A stretch of 63,841 nucleotides of DNA, counting the filler, from Reticulomyxa filosa (taxonomy: Eukaryota > Protista > Foraminifera), in the NCBI GenBank assembly GCA_000512085.1. It is 17 parts of 17 records of this genome, joined end to end, with 100 filler letters (N's around TTAATTAATTAA, not from the genome) between each part and the next. Parts side by side here need not be neighbours in the genome. Positions count along the whole stretch, not along the records: positions 24,087 to 26,165 come from ASPP01002380.1; positions 26,266 to 32,643 come from ASPP01008706.1; positions 32,744 to 34,102 come from ASPP01001300.1; positions 34,203 to 35,317 come from ASPP01000920.1; positions 35,418 to 37,002 come from ASPP01023277.1; positions 37,103 to 42,181 come from ASPP01006084.1; 11 more parts are not named here. The stretch is one strand, 5' to 3'. Positions 24,427 to 37,466 of the stretch are shown here, piece after piece; positions within the stretch are counted from its first letter, which is position 1; each line of letters begins with the position of its first letter. The position numbers and the translations under genes are program-made. A model generated the notes under the pieces. That model searched no databases and was not told the origin of the DNA. It saw only the letters and a program-made list of their open reading frames with translations.

Positions 24427-24608
24427 AATCATTTTTTCAGTGATTTGATTCTTTTTAAAAAACAAAAATATTAATTTATGTATTCAAAATATGGCAAACT
24501 TGATCTCAATTAGATGCATAAAATAGTTATCTTAATATTGCCAGTTAATGAAATATGCAAAACGCTCATATTGTCAATTAATTGAGCATCTTCAATTTTT
24601 TTTTGCTA

Positions 24609-24790
24609 CCCTCAAAAATCCATAGTTACACGTTCAGCAACGTTCCTTTGATTTGCACGCTCTTCACTTCCAAATCAAAACCTATCATCTGGTGATAATT
24701 TTTCCAATTCGAATCGTAAACATACTTATGAACTAGTAACTTTCTACCAGTGAGCGTATCTCCAATCATCAAAACTTTAACTATTGTCCC
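24609..24790 (-). pseudogene. Rab/Ras-like small GTPase pseudogene fragment
   Basis: GTIVKVLMIGDTLTGRKLLVHKYVYDSNWKNYHQMIGFDLEVKSVQIKGTLLNV*LWIFEG: decayed G1, IGxD and QLWD motifs with a stop. Confidence 0.6.
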
Positions 24791-25733
24791 TTTTTCTAGC
24801 TCTTATGCTCAATTTTTCTTCTTTCGCTGTTTCGAGTCCTTTGCACTAAAATTACTTTTTTTTTCTCCTCCTTTTCTTATCAAGAAACAATGTTTTTAGT
24901 AATGCCATCAATGATAGATTTGAATTTATGAAATGAATATTAGTAAAGTTAATTGGATTAATTGTTTCTCTTGGATGATGGTGATAATAATTATGTAAGA
25001 TTTAAAATGAAAGTTTTTTTATTGTTCCTTTCTATTGCTGATATAAAAAATTACAAGATAATTCGTCACAAGCTATTTTTAAAAAACCATTTAAAAGATA
25101 TTGGTTGAACAGGAATATAAGATAGAACAACGACGTGCTATTACTTGAAATGTATTCAATGTGATATTTATGAAGCTTATTCTATGTTATTTTTAATTTT
25201 TATATGAAAAAATTTATGGATAATCGTTGTTACAACTATAATATTAGTCTAATCTTCGTTTTTTGTTCTAAAAATAAAATTATAGATGCGACTTCTGTAG
25301 AATTTGTTTCAATTTTTTTCGTTATGTAATTACATTCTTTGATATCAAATAAAGTAAACTCGCATTCACAAAGAGACAATCCAAAGGGGATAAAATAATC
25401 AAACTATGTTCTATGGAAATTTTTTTAAACTATCTTATTTTTGGTTTTTCAATCGTCAGTATTCGTTTAAAAAGAATTGTGTTTGACCATTTTCTTTTTT
25501 TGAAAGAATTTTTATTTTTAACTATTTTTTTAAATAAAATATAAAAGTCAAATAATTTTTTATTTAAATACTTTTGAGTTTTATTCATCTTTTTTTAAAA
25601 TTAAATTGACAAGGTAGAATCCAAAAACATTGAACTACACTAGTTTTTCTTCATATACTTTAATTCAGAGATGATTATCTGAAATCAATTTTTACTTAAT
25701 TATAGAAAATTATTTAATTCAGGAAAAATGGTA

Positions 25734-26165
25734 CTATCCCCAAACACGAATAATACCATTCCTTGAACAATAACATAGATTAGCATAATCATTATTACCA
25801 TTTCTTAATTGTAGAAATTTGAGACACATTATTTCTTTTTCTTCTTCAATTGTATATAATTCCTTATTATTTGATCGAATATCCCAAAATCGAATTGTAT
25901 TATCAAATGATCCAGAACACATCACATTTGAATTTCCACCAATTTTATTATTATTTACTACAAATGGTGAATATTCGGCAGCATTTACACTATTTGTATG
26001 TCCATTGAACATTTGGATTTGTTGACCAGATCGAATATCCCACAAACGAATAGTTTTATCATTTGATCCAGATAATATTGTATTTACTAATTCATTTGAT
26101 CCATATTTCACACTATTCACATGGAATTCGTGTCCTTTGAATATAATCAATTGTTTGGCTGTTTC
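25734..26165 (-). CDS. WD40-repeat protein, 3' end (paralogue of 24087, convergent)
   Basis: FKGHEFHVNSVKYGSNELVNTILSGSNDKTIRLWDIRSGQQIQMFNGH..SGSFDNTIRFWDIR..IIRVWG. Confidence 0.9.
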   Translation of the reverse strand, partial: ETAKQLIIFKGHEFHVNSVKYGSNELVNTILSGSNDKTIRLWDIRSGQQIQMFNGHTNSVNAAEYSPFVVNNNKIGGNSNVMCSGSFDNTIRFWDIRSNNKELYTIEEEKEIMCLKFLQLRNGNNDYANLCYCSRNGIIRVWG

Positions 26166-26459
26166 NNNNNNNNNNNNNNNNNNNNNNNNNNNNNNNNNNN
26201 NNNNNNNNNTTAATTAATTAANNNNNNNNNNNNNNNNNNNNNNNNNNNNNNNNNNNNNNNNNNNNTTATTTCAGTGGAATCAAATAATCAGCATGTCCAA
26301 TTTTTGCAAAAACTGAAAACTGTGACGGAAAAATTATGAGACTATCAACTCAAAGTGTTCTAAAAAAGGGGCTTAAGTTGTTAAAAAAAGTTTCTCATTC
26401 TCTTCAAAACTAAAAAAATTTTCCCAAGTGTTTGTAAGCCTTCACAACCACTTCTCAGA

Positions 26460-29400
26460 ATGTTTTTGTTGTCATTTTTGCTTTTGCAACTGATTGAAAG
26501 TGGTGTAGGGTCCCAAACGGCTCCACAAAACGACATACGTATTGATTTGTTTATATTTTGTGATTTATGAAAACGATACGCAAATTGTTATTATAAAAAT
26601 ATTTGTAAAAACACACAAAAAAAAAATGAAATAAACTATAGTAGGTACAAAGTGATGACAACAACAGAGACATTCGAAACAATTCACATATATATAAATA
26701 TCCTCCGTCAAAATTTACTTTGTTGGGAGACGACGGACTGAAAATAAATTTCGACGATATGGATACATACAATAGCATCACATATACAAAAAAAACGTTT
26801 TCACAGATTGCACTGAGTTAGAGATAGCAGGAGGAACACTTCGTTCTGATGTAAATGGCCGCTATCAACGTGAGCAAGAGATGTATCAAGGCGTGCCCAC
26901 GTACTCAATGTCCGATAAAGGAAAACAAAAATATTTGTGGTGGTCTTCACTGAATGATTTTTCTCGGTATTTTTTTTTCTGTACTTTCGTCACACTTTTT
27001 TTTTTTTTTTTTTTAAAATTAAAAAAGATTTTGTGTTTTATAAATGAAACTTAATCCAAAACATGTAGATGGGCGATTGGATCAGTCAAATATTCGCAAT
27101 CTATTGAAGCATTCATGGATCTCCCCAATGCAAATGAAGCCTGGGTTTTGGGAAAAGGTACATTTAGACGATATCTATTTTTTGCGTTTTGAGTTCATTG
27201 AACAAAAAAAAAAAAAATAAATAATCGAGAAGGCGCGTGCATGTAGCATTGGCAAGCATCATTTTGTTTGTTGTGTTTCTTTATTGGGATTTTAGGAAGA
27301 AATTGGTATGTAGTGCATGACGGCTCTTGGATTGTTGACCGCGACATTTTTGTTGAATGTGTAAAGAAAGAAGGTATTTTATTTTTATTTTATTAGTAAT
27401 CCTTAACTTTTGGATAGCTGCGATTTTCAATATTCAAAAAAAAAAAAAATTTTTTTTAAAAAGGAAGTTTGCAGCCCCCAAGGACGTCAAGTCAATTAGC
27501 ACAGAACAATGAAGGTAAATAAAGTGAAAAAAAAGTGTGATCAAAATATAAGACATATCGTTTAACCAATACACTAAATGGTGATGCAAATGAATAGATG
27601 AATCGAGCCCAAAAGAAGAGGAAAAAAAAGACGCAGTAGTAGTAGTAGTAGTAAGTGGTGCAAAAAATAGCCACCTAAATGGGGCTTATATTCAAACAGA
27701 CAGATCGAACCGATTTCCCACGTATCACAATAAACAAAATGGACACTTTTTATTCCAATGGGTATGTTCACTTTTTTCAAAAATGCTCGATTCAATGGAA
27801 GCAAATCAAACATGCAAATATAAATATAAATGTGTACATATACATATTATATATATATAATTATTTATATACAATGAACCAAATTTGTCTGGAAAATGTA
27901 GAGCTATGCAGAGGAAGGTCGCTGGTATTTGTCATCCGATGCGACAAATGACAACAGCGTCGACGCATACATAGTCCAACAAAGTGACTCGATAACAAGT
28001 GACAGCGCACGTGAGGCTTGGCATGAGAACTGGGAAGGTCGATGGCTATTGAATCCTGATTTCCATGTACAACAAGCGACGGATGCGCAAGTAGCCGAAG
28101 CAATCGCAAACGCGCAGCTCTTGGAAGCACAAGATACTGGCACACCATCGGTGCAAGAAGAAACACATGAGCATGAGCATGAGCATGAAGAGCAAACAGA
28201 AGACAATGGTTTTCAAATTGTTGTTTGTTTAAATGCATAATTTTTTTTTATTTTTTTTTTTTGGAATTTCCTAATGTTAGTAAAACAAATGTATAATGAT
28301 CCACAGAACAACACCGCAAAAATATGTTTCATCGAGTGACAAAATTGGACCCAATTGAAATGCAAGGTACCTATGAATCCAATGTACCCATTGCAGGCAT
28401 TGCGGATGTGGTAGTAGTCGGATCGGATAATGAAGAAATCAACGGGTATTACAGCGTAGTCAACATCAAATACAACCAAAGATACGTGTACAAATCGGCG
28501 TCTCAATCGTACTTGTATTATGTCAAATACAAAGGTGGAGAGACGGCCCGATGGCAAATCGGACTTCCAGGCTCTGGAATTCAAAATGATCAACCTGTGG
28601 CCTTTGTCAATTCCGATGTTGAAGCGCCTGAACAAATCCCGACCTGGGTGGCTTGGGCTGTGTATGACGAGCAAACCAAGGAATGGTTCCGACAGCCAAA
28701 AATTAAGACTTACAAAGCTGGTATATGTAATTGCAAAAAAAAAAAAAAAAATAATAATAATAATTTAGTTATTTATATACACACATATATACATATATGA
28801 TATGCAAGATTGCAGCGCTGAACTTTTTGGTGCAAAAAATGAACAAGTGAATGGACGATACACAATCACGCCGCAAACGTACAATGGCCGTCCAGTCTTT
28901 GAGCGCGTAAAATCGGAAAAACACGGTGGACAACTGCCCATTATTGTGTACTGGGATGAAACCAATGGCATCAGTGGTTGGTTTGTGTCGCGACCAGGAC
29001 GTGCAGCAGGTGAGCATCCAATAGAGTCATTGGCCATTATTCAAAGTGCTTCACTAACTCCAGACGGAACCTCGGAACTAGAAACATGGCACGAATGGGA
29101 AGACAGCGCCAAAGATTTTCTTGAAAATACTCAATTCAAATTTCAAGGAACTTGTGCCAGTTATTTTATTTTATTATTTTTTTTTTTTTTTTTTTTGTTG
29201 TTCAAATATATCAAACAAATAAATAAATAAACAAAAAAAAAACAGAGGCAAAAGAACACAATTGGAAAAACTTTAGACGAAGACGTGGCCAAAAAAGTAT
29301 ACCCAAAAAAATAAAAAACTTGCTTGCAAATTCAGTCAATTTAAAACCAAGCTAAACAAAACAAAACAACACAAAAAACAGCAAAAATGGACACAATGAA

Positions 29401-31327
29401 CCAATCCGCGAACAGACGCTGCCCAAAAGATATCGAAGTCAGCACAGACCCCGGTGAGGGCACAGCCATTGTGCATTGGACAGTCCAAGAGAATGTCGAC
29501 GAAAATGAAGATGAATTTGATGTCGTGTATGACGAAGGAAGTCTGGCCCCCGGTTCTACCTTTCCTATTGGCAAAACCGCTGTCACATATTCTCTGAAGC
29601 GAGGAGATGACGAAGTTGTCAAATGTGATTTTATTGTCTCCGTCAAAGGTATTTACGTATATATGCATATATAATTGTTTGTATTATACTAGTGTGCTTT
29701 TTGCACATAAAAAAAAAAAAAAAAAAAAGGTACCCTCCAATGCATTTTTTTTTTTCCTCCAATTGTTTCATTATCGCCAACAACGAACAAAAACATAACA
29801 TAAAAATAAAATGATGAAACAGACACAGAGCCACCTGCAATTGACTGTCCTGGCGATATTTATTCAATGACTACCTTCAATAGCGACAAGGGTGTGGCGC
29901 GATGGTCTGACCCGAATGTTAAAGACAACTCAGACATGGACGTCACACTCGAGCAAATTCGCGGACCACAAAAAGGATCACAATTGTCTGTCGGGACCTA
30001 TGAAATCGAATATAAAGTCACAGATTATTTTGGAAATGTTGCAACATGCATTTTCAATCTTGTTGTTGCAGGTTTCTTTTTTTTTTTTTGATACTTTTAT
30101 TTTATGTGAATTTCTCTTGCTATGTACAGCAAAATATATATATATATATATAATGTATATATATGTATATATATAAGTGGACAAATGTTTGCTTATGTTT
30201 TAATGATTATGCAATGTTTTGACAAAGACCGTCAAGCTCCAAGAATTCATCATTGTCCAGCCAACACAAAAGTGGAGGTATTCGAAGACACTCAATGGAG
30301 CGCCTGGCCTGAGTGGAGCATCCCCATCGCGGAAGATATAATCGACGGCGAAGTTCCTGTCCGTCAAATATCCGGAGTCCAACCTGGAAGTCAAATCGCC
30401 ATACGTTAAGTGTGACAAGGAAAAGTATTCACTTTTTCCTTTTGCAATTCAAGCAAAGCTCTGTGGCTTGTCCACATATGAGTCATGTGATTTCTGCAAC
30501 TATGTGTGTGTGTGTGTGTATGTATGTATGTTGTTTATTTTATTTTTATTTTTTTTTTGCATATCACAGCTACTGGAAAGGCCAGCTATGTTGAAAAGAT
30601 CGTGTATGAGGCAGTGGACAGCAGTGGAAATGCGGCGCGCTGTACTTTTCGCATCGAATTAGTGCGAAATGAAGATCACAGTCGCATCCACGCAAAAATG
30701 CACGACAAACTCGCAGAACAACCCGACCTGACCGATAATGAGGCCCAGAAATTGGAAGAGCAAGAGTTGCAACACCATTCGCCTGACAAGTGGCATGAAA
30801 CAGTGGAGGCGATAAAACAAGCTGACAACGAAAAAAAAGAACAAAGAAGACGTTTTCGAGAAGAACGTCTCAAACTGAGAGGTGGCAAAAAGTCGCCTCT
30901 TCATTTCTCAAAGACAACTGTCAACGACGAGGCCAGTGCTAATCAACAATTGCGCAACGACATTCAGGGCAATAAGGAACTACGAAAAAAAGAAAAGAAA
31001 GGCTTTGATCACGTCTTATGGATTGTTATCACACCATGGAATTGGCCTTGGCCTGTGTTTATTCCTTTGGGTCTTTTTTCGTTATTTGGTATGTTTTTTT
31101 TTTTTGGTTTTTTTTTTCCGACGCAAACACAATTCCAAAATTGCGTGTTTTTTTTTTGGTGGGGGATTTTTTAAAAAAAAAAAAAAGGCTGTGGATTTGG
31201 CATTTATTTCTTGGTGGAAGAATTAAGCAAACCACGTGGACACAGAATTCCAGATCACAACTCTTTCTGGTACAAACTTATGCATTGGCGTAATGACAAG
31301 TACAAAAATATTAAACAGCGCGTTTAA
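26460..31327 (+). CDS. Type I membrane protein: signal peptide, four 'NGxY...W' domains, three HYR domains, helical stalk, TM segment and short tail; many exons
   Basis: MFLLSFLLLQLIESGVGS signal. HYR repeats CPKDIEVSTDPG..GSTFPIGKTAVTY, PPAIDCPGDI..YKVTDYFGNVATCIF and APRIHHCPAN..YEAVDSSGNAARCTF. TM WPVFIPLGLFSLFGCGFGIYFLV. TAA at 31325-31327. Confidence 0.8.
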
Positions 31328-32045
31328 CCGATTCATCTGAAAGCATGGCAACATTGGGCTTTCAATGCTTGAATTACATTCATCGCTCAATGAAAATAAA
31401 AGTCTTTCTCACTGCCGTTTTTTTCATATTGCTCTTATATAATTCAAACAGAATAACTGTGATCAGATTGAAAATACTCTGAAACTGAGACCACTGTTTA
31501 GATTTTAGATTCTATTGTAGAATGAGAAACTTTCTATTTTTATCTTATTTTTTTAGATTACAAATTTTTCTTTTACTGAATACAAAAGATCACGCCAATA
31601 TTTTTAATTTTTTCATTTTCAGTACAACAGAAAAAATGCTCCGATAATCATAATAATCTTTTTAGATTAAGTCAAACTTCTGATGGCATTGAAAACTTGG
31701 CTTTTTTTTTAAAATAAAATAGAGTGGTGACTTTTTCTTGGCAAATTAAAAATGAAGAAAAAAAGAAAATTTAATTTTGTAAAACATGCAAAAGTAACCG
31801 ACAAAAAGTCTAGGGAGACCTTTTTTTTTTTGAACAGATTTTTATATATTGCTGTGGTTCAAAATGGATTTTGGTTATTAATGTTAGCATTGAGTGAAGT
31901 TTTGAATTTGCTTCCTTAGTGATAAAACGTAAGATGATTTGCAATTGTATTTGTGTTTGTTGTTGATTGTCTGAGCACTCTGTTCTTGTGCAAGTTTGGG
32001 AACAACAGGTGTGACGCATGTGTGTTTGCAAGGATCGAAGTGGAA

Positions 32046-32584
32046 ATGTCTAATGAAACTTTTGGCAGTTCTCGACAAAGCGCACGAGTCCGTACGCTGA
32101 ATCAATTTAAAGCTGGTAACACAAACCTTGGAAGTGCATTGAATACAAATGACTCTCAGCCTCCAAAGTGAAGCAATGCAAACAAAAACAATAGTACATC
32201 AAAAGAATTTGTTGTTGTTGTTGTTGTTGTTGTTTGTTGGGGCAGAACGTCTATGAACAAAAAAGAATGAAATGAGTTGTTTGCATTGCATCAACAGCAA
32301 TAATGAACAGCAATAAACAATAAATAATAATAAAAAAAAAAATAAAAAAAATAAAAAAGGCAATGTCCATACCAACTCCGACAGCGAGACAAAGGGAAAG
32401 TTCCAAAGTACAAAGATGACAGTGAGAGTGGAGACAACAAAGATGAGTCAAATGCTAACGTAAGTGAGATGGAATACGACCCGAACGAAAAGAAGGGAGA
32501 GGAGGAAGAAGAAGAGGAAGGAGAAGGAGAGGAACCATCATCTGCATCAAGTGAAGAGCAAGATAATAAGTTGAAGAAAGGAGG
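32046..32584 (+). CDS. Hypothetical protein 5' part with an acidic exon, 3'-truncated
   Basis: ATG 32046 (MSNETFGSSRQ..), then an E-rich exon at ~32360-32584 ending in a GT donor. Confidence 0.4.
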
Positions 32585-32746
32585 TATGTAGTCTGTCTTT
32601 TTTTTTTTTTGGTTTAAAAATAAAATTATATATATATATATATNNNNNNNNNNNNNNNNNNNNNNNNNNNNNNNNNNNNNNNNNNNNTTAATTAATTAAN
32701 NNNNNNNNNNNNNNNNNNNNNNNNNNNNNNNNNNNNNNNNNNNGGC

Positions 32747-33031
32747 TTATATATATATGTAGATGTATATATTTTTTTCTCTTAAAACTGCACTCATGGT
32801 AGCTGCGTTGGCACGTGACGTGTTACGATTGTTATTGATTTGCTTGATCAAACACAACGCGCGACTTACTTCCGGGGCTTCCAATCCCTTGTTGCTCATA
32901 TCTTTCAACAGCTGTCGCATGTCCGAGTCGTTCTTTGGTAACTCTTGACGCATCTCTATAAATGCTCGTGCTCTTTCAACATCTACTTGGATCTTTTTTT
33001 GTTTACGTATAATATACACAAACATGTATAT

Positions 33032-33085
<54 letters not shown>

Positions 33086-33445
33086 ATATGTATGTTGATA
33101 GATTGCAATTCGAACAGGAGCCAAGTCAGTTCCAGCAACAGGGTCAATCAAATAATACAAATCTTTATCATCTTTAAACACGTCATTACCTTTCACATGC
33201 AACACCAACCGAACTTCTAACAAACGATTCCCCAACTCCACTCCTTCACTACGATTTTGTACCAATCCTGCCTCTACCATCCATGATACACACTCAGTTC
33301 CTACAAATGAATTGGCATATGATTTCAAAAATTGCTTGTGTGTTGACACGTTCACGTTCTCTCGAACAGCTGTCACCAACTCTTTCATTTGTCGTGGTGA
33401 CAAACCTAAGAATGGGCTCTTTGCCTTTAACCGAAAGATACTCAT
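32747..33445 (-). CDS. DEP-domain protein, 3'-truncated
   Basis: HKQFLKSYANSFVGTECVSWMVEAGLVQNRSEGVELGNRLLEVRLVLHVKGNDVFKDDKDLYY matches DEP. A (TA)n intron lies at ~32990-33115. Confidence 0.8.
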
Positions 33446-34539
33446 TTCTTTTACAAGACTAGCAGCACCAACGCAGACGTAAATTACCCGTCCACTTTTG
33501 GTCCCTCTATGAACGTTACTTGTCCCTTCTGTTTTGGTTGTACTGTAAAGCAATTTTTGCTTATGCTGTTCATCAACTTTTGCTTAAACGCTAAATAATT
33601 TGATTTTTGTGTCTGTTCAATAATGTTTTGCTTTTCAATACTTTGCCGAAATTGATATATCTTGCGAAATTTAAAAAATTTATGATAACACTCAAAAAAA
33701 AAAAAGTTATTTTTAAATTGATAAATGAGTTTATATTAAGTTATAAGAAAAAGAAGGAAATTGTACTTCACTTCCTACTTTGCTGTGATTGTTTTGTTCT
33801 TTTTATTATTTAATCTATTTCGTTTCTTTTTGCGAAACATTACCAATGATGAAAAATGATTCTTTTCTATGTTATAAGACAATCAATTTTTTTAATCAAA
33901 GGAAATCATGCAAAAATGTTAAAAAATTTTTCAGAATCAACAAAAATCAAAAGAAAAATTGCAAGTTACTGCTTTACATTAGTTTAAACAAATTTATATC
34001 CAACAAGCAATTGTAAATGTTTAAAAAAAGGAGTTAATTTTAATTTTATCCGTAAAACAGTTTAAATTTTCAAATAATTCCACTTGTTTTGGAACGTTTG
34101 TANNNNNNNNNNNNNNNNNNNNNNNNNNNNNNNNNNNNNNNNNNNNTTAATTAATTAANNNNNNNNNNNNNNNNNNNNNNNNNNNNNNNNNNNNNNNNNN
34201 NNTTAAAAGAGGTGAATTGAATCTCAATATTTCACTGAGACTTCAACACTTCGAAAACAAGGCCCAGAGGATTCGGTTGAGCATTGGCATTGCTCCTGTA
34301 ATTCCCCCTGACCATTCCACAGGGAACCGTTGATTGATCTCGACGTACAACCTTTGAGATTTTTTTGTTTTTTATTTTATTTTAAAGATTAAATTAAAAC
34401 TTAAAATTTTTTTTTTTCACTTGTTGTTGATTGAGTGTGAGTTTTTGATATATTTTGTTGTCTTTTCCATTTTTTTTTGTTTGTTTTTATTAGAGTACTG
34501 TGTTCCTTTTGGGACGAGGTGCTTATTTTAACTTGGATA

Positions 34540-34830
34540 AGATCTCATTCTTGCTAAAAAAAAAGGATGATGAGAAGGCTATGCGAATGTCTTTGCCAAT
34601 AAATATGCTTTATCAATATCTGATTTTGCAACTGAACTTGTTCACCAATGCTGGAATAATGCATATTTTATTGGTGTTCAATGCCTTGAATTGTGTAAAT
34701 AAGTTTCTCTGTCTACCATATGTTGATGCTTTTCTAATTGCAATTTCCTTCGTAATTGCTTGGCAGCTCTCTTATAAATTATCAGATTCCTTGGTGTTCT
34801 TTGATTTTTGGCTTTGTCCAAAGGGGAGTG
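34540..34830 (-). mobile_element. Degenerate non-LTR retrotransposon ORF2 fragment (endonuclease-RT linker)
   Basis: IYKRAAKQLRRKLQLEK..LFTQFKALNTNKICIIPALVN..AKSDIDKAYLLAKTFA resembles the 'A..D.EKA..LA..F' segment preceding LINE RT domains. Stops and frameshifts present. Confidence 0.45.
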
Positions 34831-35417
34831 GCAAGAATGCCAAAATATATATCTTCATTGCGATCCGGTATCTCATTAAGATGTGCGGAAAGCACTCGCA
34901 CCAGCAACATGCGAGAAGCCGCAGGCCCGAGCAAGAAAAGGTCACTGAAGGCCCGGAAACCGAAGGCAAGACCCTGAAGGCCTGGAGACTAAAAGAAAGC
35001 TACAAAAGATCAGGAAACCAAAGAAAAGACATGTAAACCAAAGAAAAAAAAAATCATATATCAGATCATCGTGACAGTCTGACACGTTCTAAGTGAAAAC
35101 TTGTTGGAACAGGTGTGAAACTTCAAGATACTTCAGTATCTCAAAAAGATCAAACTCGATATCGAGATAGATCTTTTTTTTTTTTTTAGATGATGGCTTC
35201 AAAGCCAAAGGTAAAAGTTCCCTTTCCAAGTTAAACGAAGCACCTCGTCAAAAATTTAACACAGTACTTCGTAAAAAAAAACAAAACAAAACAAGGAAAG
35301 TCTCACACTTTCAAAAANNNNNNNNNNNNNNNNNNNNNNNNNNNNNNNNNNNNNNNNNNNNTTAATTAATTAANNNNNNNNNNNNNNNNNNNNNNNNNNN
35401 NNNNNNNNNNNNNNNNN

Positions 35418-37002
35418 TACAAAAGATTTCAATAGGTCCTGCACCAGCAATTTGTGACTTGTGAAGGACATAATATGACACACATATTCATGATATTGGA
35501 TCAACGCCCAAAACGGAACAATGTGAATTCTTCGTTGATTGTGTAGTCTCAAAAATAGTCGTAGAATTCGAAAGTTTGTCAACACAAACAAAAAATGTAA
35601 CATGTACTCAATGATGTGTTTGTCGTTGAATGTTGTGTTTGTTAGCTGCGTTCCATCTGCACGGCTGTCTAAGGCTTTACGATATATTCGCAAAGCGTTT
35701 TTGAAAAATTTGATGAAATGGTTCATCAACGACACAATTTGATTCTCATAGTGGCTAATATTTATAAATGTATCTGAATATTATTGTCTGTTGACTTCGC
35801 TTTCTTGAGATGATCTGATGTATTTCAGTTGAGTCGCATTGCGTCATAAACCACAATATGCCTGGAATCAGTTTCATCAAGCAATGCATCCATTTGTGAA
35901 ATTCATACTGAAAGATTTGTTTTTCTGATCCTCTCCATTTGAACGTGATTGACCCATTGGGACTTGTCCAGTTCATCACTATGTTGTTTGTCCTTTCTTG
36001 GCCTTTTGATCTTTTTTCGCATTTTCTTTTTTGATGATAAAATATCTCGCAGTTGCTCTACCAGACCTTCCATGATATGAATGCAGTCAATTTCACTCAA
36101 GAAGAACATGTGAATCATTTTCAGTACAACGGCGATCACCAATTGTTGTGTATTTTTGCTCAAAGCATCGATGTCTTAACATCTGTAGAAATCTTGGTAC
36201 GAATATCAATTTTATTTTCATACTTCACGCTTTGCAACACCTTAAGTCCTCCATTCCACTATATCTCTTGCAAAATATTTTCATTATCTAATGATTCAGT
36301 GATTCACAAATCAGCAATAAACATACTAAGCGGAACAAATTATCAGTTTGTAACAGTTTCATCCAGTCGGTTTCTTTTTCGACAATTGCTAAAGTCGAGA
36401 CTTGAGAACGCACAGCGTTGTTTGTTAATAAACGAAACAACAGCTTCCAAGCATCATACAGGATTAGTGAATCACATAAGGTCAAACAATCGTCAAATAA
36501 CAAATTGAAGTATTTCGCTTAGTGTGCCAGTATATTGCGAGATAATGCCTCTGAATTGCTAGCTAACAATTCCTCTTCTTCTTTTCTTTCATCGTCTTGG
36601 ATGTCTCAAATCATATCGGTACTTGAAAACAATCAATTTATTCCACACATGTTCTGGACGGTCGACAGCTGCTTAAAAATTCGTTAGCATCCAATTGATC
36701 AATGTTGTGAAATATACTTTGTGATCCTTTTCCTTCTCCACAAGCAAAAATATAATATCTCATATCATTATGCGACATAGTTCCATCCTTGTTCTTTGCA
36801 AATTGTTTAAATATTTTTTTCAATGCAACTTTGGCTCGTTCTACCAGTTGCGGATGATCAACTGTTATCATTAATGGCACATTTTGGGATTTATCGTCTT
36901 TCAACGAGACATGGACATTGCTGACAGCCCTTATGTTCAATGCCGCCCGCAATGGTAGTTGAATTTTTTTCTTCTTCTTCCAATTTGAATCATTTCGGGG
37001 GG
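35418..37002 (-). pseudogene. Degenerate large USP (USP9/24/34-like) N-terminal region with an EF-hand-like segment
   Basis: VERAKVALKKIFKQFAKNKDGTMSHNDMRYYIFACG..RPEHVWN..FKYRYDLRH is split across frames with many stops. Family assignment is from memory of SAR USPs. Confidence 0.4.
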
Positions 37003-37466
37003 NNNNNNNNNNNNNNNNNNNNNNNNNNNNNNNNNNNNNNNNNNNNTTAATTAATTAANNNNNNNNNNNNNNNNNNNNNNNNNNNNNNNNNNNNNNNNNN
37101 NNAAAAAAAAAAAAAGACCTTTTTTTCCATTAAGACGTAAATGCACAACTCATAAATGTTTCAAAAAAATGATTCATACGTTTGAAATTTGATAAATAGA
37201 CAATATTCTTAATGAAATTCAAAAAAGAAGTGCAGCTTTGAGACATTCATTTGTCTGGACCATAACGGTCGTACAAGTTAGTACGGTGCAAGCGAGGATG
37301 TTATTCACTTAATTGAAAGATGAAACCGTTCGCTTTTAAGAAGATGCAAGAACGAAATAAGTTATGTTTCGATGCGAAAAAGTAATAGAGATATCATGTT
37401 TGTGATCCATTGTCCACTTTCTTTATGTCAAATTAAAAAAAAAAAAAAAGTAAATAAATGAAAAAG

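Noticed and set aside
33036-33090. (TA)n and TATG repeats translated as YIYIYI
   Set aside because: Intronic microsatellites that happen to lack stops.
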